Below, piece by piece: positions 1 to 8,165 of a DNA stretch of 64,000 bases. The stretch lies in the IMG/VR virus record IMGVR_UViG_3300044852_000015, positions 174,015 to 238,014 of that record, one strand, 5' to 3'. The notes beneath the pieces were generated by a model that saw nothing but the letters and a program-made list of their open reading frames with translations, did not search any database and was not told the origin of the DNA. The translations under genes and the position numbers were made by a program. The stretch's first letter is position 1, and the number at the start of each line of letters is the position of its first letter. The stretch is from a virus (taxonomy: Duplodnaviria > Caudoviricetes).

Positions 1-39
1 ATAGAATGTAGGTACAAACTTTAATCACGGGGTGTCCAC

Positions 40-657
40 ATGGGGCGTTTAGTAAATCTGCTCGAGGAAGCTGAGCTTACCTTGACTTACAGTGCAGAAG
101 GAATCGCTTTGCTGGATGCTAGCGAAGCGGAGGTTCCAACCAAGGATGTTTATATCCTGTTGACCGACACCAAGACCTTAGTGAGTAAGGTTAGCCGTAT
201 GGTGACAGGTGATCCGTATAACCACGTATCGCTGATGCTGTCTGAGGACTTCGACGAGGGTATCTATACCTTCAGTCTCTCAAACGGACTCAATGGCATC
301 TTCGGTGGCTTCATGGTCGAGGATCGTAAGAACCTGAAGGGGTCACACTACTCCATGTATCGTCTCGCTGTCACCAACAGCGTCTACGACAAGATCAAGG
401 TTAAGGTGACTGACTACGTTAACGCGGTAGACAAAACCTCCTACAACCACCTTGGGTTGTTCAATGCGATCTTCAAGAAAGGTATCTTCAAGTCTGAGGA
501 TGGCCAAGCTGCGATCTGTTCTGAGTTCGTGGTGGAAGTACTTAAGTTCGCTGGCGTAGAACTCTTCGCCAAAAGATTAGCGAGTACTGTAAGACCTTAC
601 GACTTGGTCAAATCCAAGCTGCTGAAGTTCTACAAGCGTGGCGTCATAAAAGGCTGA
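40..657 (+). CDS. Permuted papain-like (NlpC/P60, YiiX/YaeF-type) amidase/peptidase, possibly a virion head protein
   Basis: His before Cys (YNHVSL ... YNHLGLF ... ICSEFV), as in permuted papain-like enzymes; acidic N-terminus with S-A-E and A-S-E motifs. Confidence 0.6.
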   Translation: MGRLVNLLEEAELTLTYSAEGIALLDASEAEVPTKDVYILLTDTKTLVSKVSRMVTGDPYNHVSLMLSEDFDEGIYTFSLSNGLNGIFGGFMVEDRKNLKGSHYSMYRLAVTNSVYDKIKVKVTDYVNAVDKTSYNHLGLFNAIFKKGIFKSEDGQAAICSEFVVEVLKFAGVELFAKRLASTVRPYDLVKSKLLKFYKRGVIKG

Positions 658-661
658 ATCC

Positions 662-690
662 CCGGCTCACTTCGGTGAGTCGGTTTATGA
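662..690 (+). terminator. Hairpin terminator of gene 40..657
   Basis: CCGGCTCAC-TTCG-GTGAGTCGG followed by TTTATGA. Confidence 0.8.
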
Positions 691-1250
691 CGGCATAAAA
701 GCGCGGCTCGAGGGAATCTCAACCTACTCCAAGTGCCCCTCACCATTAGGTTGGTGGTGAGGCGACCTCGTTTCGCGCGGAATCCCTGCGGCTTTGCTTT
801 TATGCTTTCTTACTGTTAAGTAGAACTGGCTTGTCGTACCCGTGATCGTCTTCCTCCCAAGGCCTTGGGAAGTACTGGCTCAATAGAGCACTACCTTAGA
901 TCCACACTGTTTTTGTGCTTACACCCTCGCGCTACTCCGGCCCCAAACTGAGGCTCTATCACATTGAAATGCTCGTGAACCTCTAAGCTCTATAAGGTGG
1001 CCAAGAGGTATGCTTACCCGGCCCTTTGCCGAGTGCATTACCACCGAACCACTTAAAGGTGATCTTAGAAAGGCGCAAGGCGTTTGATTGTGGTTTGCCG
1101 GAATCTCTCCCTATGTTGGGTAACAAACTGAACACGAGCGTGTGCATCAGTCTGAAAAGAGCGAACTCTCTACCCCAACTAGAAATCCCCAACCAAAGCC
1201 AGTTCTTCAACTCTTCTGTCACGGTGTGCGCATTAACCGTTGGCTTCAGG
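690..1250 (-). ncRNA. Candidate large structured non-coding RNA (family unassigned)
   Basis: No credible ORF; 11-bp closing helix 822-832/1196-1206, many nested helices with G-U pairs on the minus strand, a UUCG hairpin, a pseudoknotted 3' module 693-805, TATAAT upstream and a TTTTATGCCG end motif. Confidence 0.6.
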
Positions 1251-1256
1251 CTCAAG

Positions 1257-1286
1257 ATTATACTTTTCAGAAGTCCTCTATGCCAG
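1257..1286 (-). promoter_or_regulatory. Possible sigma70-like promoter for the candidate ncRNA
   Basis: Minus strand CTGGCA-N18-TATAAT, with the -10 box at 1262-1257. Confidence 0.3.
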
Positions 1287-1611
1287 AACACGTACCACGA
1301 ACGTGCGGCTGTCGGTACTCCTCCAAGTCACTACGCAGCAACTCGGGCCTGTGGTGCGAATGCCACCGCCGTTCGACTTCTACCACCGGGTCGTAGTCTA
1401 AGACCATCCCGGCTGTGAGCGAAGGCACAATGGCACCGCAATCCAAGTGAGTGAACATTCCGAATGGTCCGTCCCCAACGCATTGTCGGGGTTCGGTTTG
1501 ACCAGCTCGGTATTCTTCTTCAGTAACCACGTCCAAGCCGTGGTCAGCTAGAAGTCTCGCTAAGCCTAGTGCGCAACCGCCGATGATCAAGATCCGTCGT
1601 GCGGTACCCAA
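1267..1611 (-). CDS. Hypothetical protein
   Basis: 114-aa ORF in the PhuZ operon, AAGGA SD upstream. Confidence 0.6.
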   Translation of the reverse strand: MGTARRILIIGGCALGLARLLADHGLDVVTEEEYRAGQTEPRQCVGDGPFGMFTHLDCGAIVPSLTAGMVLDYDPVVEVERRWHSHHRPELLRSDLEEYRQPHVRGTCSGIEDF

Positions 1612-1623
1612 TAGACATCCTTA

Positions 1624-1815
1624 TCAGCCCAGACCGATACCAGAAGGACGGTTCTCGACCTGATGTTTCGCAGGATCGTAAACTACCTTCTCGTACAGGT
1701 TGTGCCAAGGTTTACCCAAACAGCAAGTGCATTGGAAAACGTTACCCGCTGGCTTGCTCAGGAGTTCAATGGTTCCACACCTGTCGCAAGCGTATTCCAG
1801 CAACGTACCGCTCAT
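1624..1815 (-). CDS. Small zinc-ribbon protein
   Basis: CDRC...CTCC motifs; TAATG overlap with the phuZ stop codon. Confidence 0.7.
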   Translation of the reverse strand: MSGTLLEYACDRCGTIELLSKPAGNVFQCTCCLGKPWHNLYEKVVYDPAKHQVENRPSGIGLG

Positions 1816-2777
1816 TACAACACCAAGCCGTCGTCAGTAGTGGCAGTGTCGCCCACCAGATCAACAGCAGCAGCACGACCTTCACGACGACGAATGAAGT
1901 CGTCCAGAGTCTTCTGGAGTTTCTCGTAAGTAGCATCGAGATTCTCGGTGGACACCACGAGGTGAACTTCGCTAACACCTTCGATAGCGGTCTTGAAGTA
2001 GCCGGTGCACGGATACTCTGGGATCGGTTCTTCCAGGTGCTTCTGATCACGGTCGCTGTAGAGCGAAGCGATGGTGATCGGGTCCTTGATGGCCGCAACG
2101 GCTTCAGGGCTGTAGAAGATGTCCAACATCGCCAGTTGTGCAGGCACGCTGGTCGAGTGGTTGAAACGCAGCCAGTTGGCAACGTCTTTGGTGTCCAGCT
2201 CGTCGTTCTGACGCGAAGTCAGGTAGCACAGGCTGGAGATGGCCAGGTGGAGCTGACCGTCGACTACCGAACGAGTGCACTCGCCGCCGTTGTGACGGTA
2301 GTACATGACGATCGGGGTATCGACTTGTTTGGAGATGGCTGCCAGCGACTTGATGGTGTTCAGGCTGTTCTGTGCAGTGATGGTCGATTCCGAAGAACCC
2401 GCCAACAGTACCACAACCGAGTGACCACGGGCTGCCAGTTCTTTGGCCAACAGTGGACCAATAACCGAACCCGAACCGCCGGATGCCGAGAAGACCACGA
2501 TGTTGAAGTCTTCAGGAACTTGTTGCAGAAGGATCTGCTTGACCGCTGCGGAGATCTGCGCGTGGTTCTCTTTACGCACTTTACCGGAGCCGTCGGTTTT
2601 GTCGAGGACGTAGATCGAGCTTTCGTCTTCGATGCCGGCCAGGTTGGAACGGCTGGTGTCAACGAAGCTGACCAGTGGGGTAGCGAAGCCAGGAGCTGGA
2701 GGACGACCGATGTAAGTCTTGACGATGTTCGTACCCAGACCACCACAGCCGTACAGACGCACTTTACCTTGTTCCAT
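1815..2777 (-). CDS. phuZ: Phage tubulin PhuZ (spindle protein)
   Basis: GCGGLGTNI N-terminal loop, SASGGSGSVIGP tubulin signature, ELDTKDVANW T7 loop, acidic-hydrophobic C-terminus DDGLVL; 320 aa. Confidence 0.95.
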   Translation of the reverse strand: MEQGKVRLYGCGGLGTNIVKTYIGRPPAPGFATPLVSFVDTSRSNLAGIEDESSIYVLDKTDGSGKVRKENHAQISAAVKQILLQQVPEDFNIVVFSASGGSGSVIGPLLAKELAARGHSVVVLLAGSSESTITAQNSLNTIKSLAAISKQVDTPIVMYYRHNGGECTRSVVDGQLHLAISSLCYLTSRQNDELDTKDVANWLRFNHSTSVPAQLAMLDIFYSPEAVAAIKDPITIASLYSDRDQKHLEEPIPEYPCTGYFKTAIEGVSEVHLVVSTENLDATYEKLQKTLDDFIRRREGRAAAVDLVGDTATTDDGLVL

Positions 2778-2840
2778 GTTTTCAACTTCCTAGCTTTTAA
2801 GATTAGACGAGTAGTCCAATGGAGTTCCCAGACTTAGGGG

Positions 2841-3170
2841 TTACTCAGCTTTTAGTTTGCGGATCAACTTAACCAGTTCGGAGTGGCAGTGTGTGAGCGT
2901 GTACGAATTACTGTCCAGTCGCCGGTACAGAGAATCGAAGGTAGCCTCTTCAGGTTCCCAACACTCCTCCAACCCGTGACACGAACAATGTGACCCGTTC
3001 ACTTCCCATAACTTACCGTCTCTGCGAAACAAGACAAACGCGGAACCATCGTAGTCCTCGTACACGTACGAAGCCAACAATATCTCTACGCCTACCAAGT
3101 CTGCGTCACTGAGGTTAAAATCGTTCTTCAAACCTTCAAACTGCGATGTTGCCCAGTCGTGCATATACAT
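2841..3170 (-). CDS. Hypothetical phage protein
   Basis: 109 aa with a GSHCSCHGLE motif. Confidence 0.7.
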   Translation of the reverse strand: MYMHDWATSQFEGLKNDFNLSDADLVGVEILLASYVYEDYDGSAFVLFRRDGKLWEVNGSHCSCHGLEECWEPEEATFDSLYRRLDSNSYTLTHCHSELVKLIRKLKAE

Positions 3171-3378
3171 TTAACTAATCTCTACTAAGCTTCGATGCTT
3201 CGAGGCTTTTCTCGTCAAGTGAGAATGTAGGGGTGATCGGTTAAATCTGGGAACTCGATTGAACGAGAGCGCATTACTCTCAATAGATACTTCCTCTGTA
3301 TCTTTTTTTACAGACGTACCGCCTATGGTGCGTTATTGAATGACCGCAGGGTCTTCTTTATCAACCCGGAGGTGCTAA

Positions 3379-4194
3379 GTGAATCCAATTCAGAAAGCAA
3401 TCTCGGACGTGAAAGCGGCGATCCCTCGGGAGATCCTCGAACGAACGTTCATGAAACCTGATAACGTAGCTCTAGGGCAACGTCAGAGTTTCACCCCAAC
3501 CTCCTTGGACTTCCGTATTCGTACGGCGGTCATTGAAGGTAACGTACTCCCCGACTGTAACTTGGTGGGTGGTACCGAAGTAACGATCCCTCTGGTAGAA
3601 GTTCTACCGCAGTGGATCACTGACTACAACGTGTTGTACCGTATCCCGAAACACCTGACTCAGAACCGCAGTATCTTGCGACTGATTCACATGACCTTCG
3701 GTGACGGTGGTGTGGTCGGTAGTATGAACCTCGCGCAACAAGGTCGTTCTCCGATGCTAGACGGGGCTCAAGGGGTGCTCCAAGCTCACCTCCCGATTCC
3801 AATCGTCTCGACAGCGAACATGGAGATCGTGGGTGAAAACGTAGTGTTGGTGAAAGACAACGTCACGATGCCGGGTAACCCGTATCTACGTTGTGTGATT
3901 GAGGGCGACACTGAACTCAACCACTTGCAACCTACCTCCTACCGTCACTTCAGCCGACTGGTGATCTTGGCGACCAAGCAATATATCTTCAACAACATGG
4001 CGGTTGCTACTGACCAAGCGGCGTTGTCGGGCGGTATGGCGTTGGGTCGTATTCGTGAAATCATTGACGGCTACTCAGATGCCTACGAACAGTACGAGGA
4101 ATACTTCGAGACTGTCTGGAGAAAAGTGGCATTGTTCAATGATCCAGAAGCCAACAAGCGTCACTTAAAGTACATTACTGGGGGTCGCTGGTAA
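3379..4194 (+). CDS. Conserved phiKZ-like protein, probably virion structural
   Basis: 271 aa, GGAGG SD, GTG start. Confidence 0.65.
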   Translation: MNPIQKAISDVKAAIPREILERTFMKPDNVALGQRQSFTPTSLDFRIRTAVIEGNVLPDCNLVGGTEVTIPLVEVLPQWITDYNVLYRIPKHLTQNRSILRLIHMTFGDGGVVGSMNLAQQGRSPMLDGAQGVLQAHLPIPIVSTANMEIVGENVVLVKDNVTMPGNPYLRCVIEGDTELNHLQPTSYRHFSRLVILATKQYIFNNMAVATDQAALSGGMALGRIREIIDGYSDAYEQYEEYFETVWRKVALFNDPEANKRHLKYITGGRW

Positions 4195-4946
4195 TGACCT
4201 ACCAAGAAGGTAAGTACAGTACGTTCACCCACAACGGTAAGGAGTACCCTCTCGACCCGTTTCTGAAGCGTGCTGAGAAGCTCCACGCTAAGTCAGTTTC
4301 TATGGCGAAGCTGGAGTGGAACGTACAAACAGCACAGCCTGATCCGAAACGGGTGGCCACTGCTGACATCAATTACCCAATCCTCTACACGATTGACCCT
4401 AAGTGGGGATACGTCGTAGTGGATGGTCTGCACCGTTTGACCAAAGCTTACCAAATGGGCAAGCGGTCGATCATGGGTAAAGAAATACCTCAAGAGTGGT
4501 TTGACGAGATAGGTACCGTTTCAATGGAAGACTCAAGCAATCCATCCTACACCGTTGGTCAGGTAACCCGTGAGCAAGCGTTCGAGTGGTTGGCACAAAG
4601 CCGCCAGCAACGCCCAGAGCCGCTTCTACAGGACTCCTATAGCCCAGGTGGCACTGGGGTAGACCGTGTGTACGCCTTCGCTTACAACGGAGACGAAATC
4701 GTAGGTTACGCTAGCCTGTTGAATGGTCAGCGTTACTTGATCGACATGTACGTCCCTGAGTCACTACGTGGTAAAGGGATTGGTCGACAACTGATTGACT
4801 CACTGTTGGTAGATCTGGTGGTAGTCCGTAAAGATCAGGAAGACATCATTGCTTTCCTGAAGGCTGTAGGCTTCTCGCTGGAGAACGACTTTGTTAACAC
4901 CAGAGTCTATCGGAAGTATCACGGGGCTAAAGTCCACGCTTACTGA
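4194..4946 (+). CDS. ParB/Srx-like domain fused to a GNAT acetyltransferase
   Basis: YPIL...VVVDGLHRLTKA (ParB-N); EIVGYASL...DMYVPESLRGKGIGRQLI (GNAT motif A). Confidence 0.75.
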   Translation: MTYQEGKYSTFTHNGKEYPLDPFLKRAEKLHAKSVSMAKLEWNVQTAQPDPKRVATADINYPILYTIDPKWGYVVVDGLHRLTKAYQMGKRSIMGKEIPQEWFDEIGTVSMEDSSNPSYTVGQVTREQAFEWLAQSRQQRPEPLLQDSYSPGGTGVDRVYAFAYNGDEIVGYASLLNGQRYLIDMYVPESLRGKGIGRQLIDSLLVDLVVVRKDQEDIIAFLKAVGFSLENDFVNTRVYRKYHGAKVHAY

Positions 4947-4986
4947 CGGCATAGAGAGAGGCGGTGAGCCTCTCTCTTTTATGCGC
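4946..4986. terminator. Bidirectional hairpin terminator, GCATA/TATGC class
   Basis: CGGCAT-AGAGAGAGGC-GGTGA-GCCTCTCTCT-TTTATGCG between convergent genes. Confidence 0.8.
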
Positions 4987-5355
4987 TTAGTAGCGCTTAT
5001 TCCACGAGTAGCTCGGTTCATCCTTCAGCTTGATGACCTCGTACCCCGGAGCAGCAAAGGTAAAGTATCCCACACTTGTGGTCATTACGATGGCACTGCG
5101 GTCACGAAGGTTGATCGACCATGCTACTTTGCGGACAGTGTCCTCGAAGTTTACTTCAAGTGCTTGGTAGTGCTTACGAGCGTACTCCATAAGCGCACCA
5201 GTGAGCCGGAGCTTGACGTTGTCCAGCAGACTGACCTTCTCTAGGTCCCGAGTCTCACATCGTCCTATACGACCTGTCAGAGCTTCGATGTGTTTTTGGA
5301 ACTCTAGCTTGTGTAACATCAGCTCAGAAGCGGTGTACTCTTTATATTCAGACAT
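4987..5355 (-). CDS. Hypothetical protein (start could be 5409)
   Basis: ORF track; coiled-coil-like N-terminus. Confidence 0.6.
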   Translation of the reverse strand: MSEYKEYTASELMLHKLEFQKHIEALTGRIGRCETRDLEKVSLLDNVKLRLTGALMEYARKHYQALEVNFEDTVRKVAWSINLRDRSAIVMTTSVGYFTFAAPGYEVIKLKDEPSYSWNKRY

Positions 5356-5749
5356 TCTACGGTCTTCTTCGATTATGAAGGTTAAGTGATAGTGGCCTTT
5401 CATAATCATGATGTACTATCTATATTTATTTAAGGAAAATTCGGAATTTTTTATTTTTGCTCTTAAAGCTCTTCGTGGTAGTGGTTGACATGGAGGCTTG
5501 GTCGTACTCGCGTACTAGCCTCCTGTACTCTACCGGTGTAGCGTAAACTCCCTGCGGGAGAAAAAGGCTAGGATAGACTATGGAGTAGGCTATGCTAACG
5601 CAGCCACTCAATAAACAATATTGTTAAAGCTTCGCTTTGTTGTTTATCAATCCCCCCAAACCCCCCTTTACCATCGAAAAAACTTGTTACTACAAAACAT
5701 ATAACAACCGAACTATTCTTTTACACAAGCAGGGGCTAAACCCCTGCGT

Positions 5750-6154
5750 TTACGTGTAGAAGTAGTCAGTGGTGTCAACATCGAGGAATGTCACAGTCAC
5801 TTGGAACAACAACGACTTGAAGTCCTGAGGTGCTACAGAGAACAACTCCCCGTCCACCACAACGTAGTAACTGTCGTAGAACAACCGACGAAGTTGTGTA
5901 CAGATCTCACTGCGAGCGAGGAACACATTAGGACGAACCTTAATGTCATCCTTCATACACACTCGTTTCAGGTGATCGTAGATATACAAGTGGATATTCT
6001 TACGACCTACCGCAGTATCAACCCCCACTTCCCGCAAAGCCACGAATCCATCCACTGTGCCTTCTAGGAAGCTCTCTAACGAACGTTGTGTCCGATTGAG
6101 TACCAAACCTAAGGACTCAGCTAGCACAGCTCCTGTGTCTCTACAATCACTCAT
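5750..6154 (-). CDS. Hypothetical protein
   Basis: ORF track; start chosen at MSDCRD. Confidence 0.6.
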   Translation of the reverse strand: MSDCRDTGAVLAESLGLVLNRTQRSLESFLEGTVDGFVALREVGVDTAVGRKNIHLYIYDHLKRVCMKDDIKVRPNVFLARSEICTQLRRLFYDSYYVVVDGELFSVAPQDFKSLLFQVTVTFLDVDTTDYFYT

Positions 6155-6204
6155 CTGAAACCCCCAGCATAATGAGGCCACCGGGAGGGCAGCCTCAGAA
6201 TGAT

Positions 6205-6693
6205 TTACACCGCACACGCAATGTAGAGCGCAGCGTCTTCCATGGTTGCCACTACCACAGCACCGGAGTCGGTCAACTGGGTGTGTAACTTGGAACGATC
6301 AGGACGACCCTCAGGTAACACTACCAACGTGTCCTCAGGGCTAGCCATAGCCGCAGCCGCCAGTTCTTCGTAACCGGAGAAGCCAGTCTGTTCTTCTGGC
6401 AACACAAACACCTTGGTAGCCGCACTGAGCTGACTCAGGACATCGGCAACAGCCGCTTCCTGTAGCTGTACAGTTTCCAAGGAAGGTTGAGCACCAGCGC
6501 TAACGTTCCAGACTTTAACTTCTTTGTGGCACTCCATGAGCACCGCTTCCCATTCGCCGGACTGGACGCCACCATAAATGATAACGTTACGTTCGTTCTT
6601 GATCCCGTCAACGTCTGCCAACTCGTCATTAGGAGTGGCAACGTGATCTGGACCTTCGCCTGCATCTTCGTCGAAGTAATCACTGAGAGACAT
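6205..6693 (-). CDS. Hypothetical acidic protein, possible head protein
   Basis: AGGAG SD before MSLSDYF; contains PSLE. Confidence 0.65.
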   Translation of the reverse strand: MSLSDYFDEDAGEGPDHVATPNDELADVDGIKNERNVIIYGGVQSGEWEAVLMECHKEVKVWNVSAGAQPSLETVQLQEAAVADVLSQLSAATKVFVLPEEQTGFSGYEELAAAAMASPEDTLVVLPEGRPDRSKLHTQLTDSGAVVVATMEDAALYIACAV

Positions 6694-6784
6694 CTTTAAC
6701 TCCTTAAGTACAGTTGGTCTCATAACCTATATCGGAACAAAAAAAGAAAGGGAGTACAAACCCCCTTTTCCTTTTGGCACCACC

Positions 6785-7387
6785 TTACACCTTCTGGCGT
6801 AAGGCAGCTTTCCCACGCACCACTTGAATGAAACCCCCATCGAGGGTTACAGACATGTGGGCTTCTTCACAACGTTTGACGTTCTCAGCATTGAGTGTGC
6901 CGTCTTGGTTGATCAGGCAACGGTGAATACGTTCACCCAGTAGCCGCAGCTCCTTGAGTGTAGGTTGTGCTTCTTTCGGGTAACCTTCGAGCAAGTACAC
7001 ATGCTCGTAGAATATACCGAAGTGGCGAATCAAATCGCCCACGGGGTCTTCCACTTTCGACTTGTGGTCTGGCATGGTCGGGGTTCCTACATGTGCCCAG
7101 CGGTCCTTCAGTTCTTGCATCGCAGCCTTGGCATTGTCAGGCCCTAGGAAAGCAACCATCGCACGAGCCATTCCGTTCGCAACACTTTCTTCAGTGAAGG
7201 TCACGTCTGGGTTTTCTTCCAGGTATTGCTCGAGGAAGGTTTTAGGCTGTTCATAGGTATCTGACATCATGACACCCCGTACCGGTTCTTCACCGGTGTA
7301 GTTGGGAATTACGGACAGACCGCAGTCCATGATGCTGCTGAAGTCGCAGGTGGTTCCGTCTTCTAAGACTTGGGTATGATTATTCAT
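6785..7387 (-). CDS. Hypothetical protein
   Basis: 200 aa, GGAG SD, followed by a hairpin and U-tract at ~6737-6775. Confidence 0.7.
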   Translation of the reverse strand: MNNHTQVLEDGTTCDFSSIMDCGLSVIPNYTGEEPVRGVMMSDTYEQPKTFLEQYLEENPDVTFTEESVANGMARAMVAFLGPDNAKAAMQELKDRWAHVGTPTMPDHKSKVEDPVGDLIRHFGIFYEHVYLLEGYPKEAQPTLKELRLLGERIHRCLINQDGTLNAENVKRCEEAHMSVTLDGGFIQVVRGKAALRQKV

Positions 7388-7461
7388 GCGGTGTTGCTCC
7401 AGTAAAAAAAGAAAACCACGAGAGCCCCGAAGGACTCCCGTAGCTAGAAGAACCAGTCCAG

Positions 7462-8094
7462 TTAGATGGATGATTCTTGGTTGTTGGCCAACTCGTTCAT
7501 CGCCCGGTTCACGATGTCGTCAGCACTTTCTGCTACCGGCGCCGTTGGGGTTGCTACCCCTTGAGCCACATCGGAGGTTGGTGTGGCGATTTGCATCAAG
7601 GCCTGACGCAGTTCATCGGTCAGCTCAGCACCCAGCGTACCGGGCTCAGCGCTACCATGGATCACGTTCAGGAGGTCCTTGTTCACCGGTTCCGCTTTGG
7701 TGTGGCCGGTGAGTTCATCGACGTGGTCCCAAACCCGTTGAGTGAAGCCAGGGTCTTTCAGCTCGTGTTGTTCACACAGGCCAGCGATCTTGGCGATCTC
7801 ACGGTCAACTACGTCCAGTGCGACTTTGTCGTGGTCACGCTCAGCCTTTTCATGGGCCGAGTGCAGAGCCACGATTTCAGCCACGATGCGATCTTTCGGC
7901 CAGTTCTTCAGCATCACTTCCATGACAGGGCCTGGCTGGCTGCGTGGAACAACTGCCTGACGCCGGATTTCTACTGGAACTTTCGAAGGGCGTACTTTAG
8001 GAACATTGGCCGTGGCAAAGATCGCACTGCACATAGCGCTACAGTGATCCAACATGTCGCCAACAAGGTTCGAGGTGCGTGGGATTACGTTCAT
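7462..8094 (-). CDS. Hypothetical early protein
   Basis: 210 aa, AAGGAG SD. Confidence 0.7.
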   Translation of the reverse strand: MNVIPRTSNLVGDMLDHCSAMCSAIFATANVPKVRPSKVPVEIRRQAVVPRSQPGPVMEVMLKNWPKDRIVAEIVALHSAHEKAERDHDKVALDVVDREIAKIAGLCEQHELKDPGFTQRVWDHVDELTGHTKAEPVNKDLLNVIHGSAEPGTLGAELTDELRQALMQIATPTSDVAQGVATPTAPVAESADDIVNRAMNELANNQESSI

Positions 8095-8165
8095 GGTGTC
8101 TCTCCTTAGAGAAGAAGGTTAGTAGGTAGAGCCAACACTATTGTCAGCTCTACTATTGAGGGGTA

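Noticed and set aside
690-1260. tmRNA, RNase P RNA, group I/II intron, tRNA or c-di-GMP riboswitch identity
   Set aside because: No tRNA-like ends or CCA, no GAGGAAAGUCC, no P7 GACUA/UAGUC, no domain V; the GGCAAACC and GCAAAGCC words are ~300 nt apart
983-1418. ORFs 983..1291(-), 1026..1418(+) and 1142..1396(+)
   Set aside because: No SD, atypical composition, mutually overlapping; the region is better explained by RNA structure
1599-2837. 412-aa plus-strand ORF
   Set aside because: Antisense shadow of phuZ caused by codon bias
3171-3378. Short hairpins in the divergent intergenic region
   Set aside because: Only 5-6-bp stems, compatible with chance or ordinary promoter leaders
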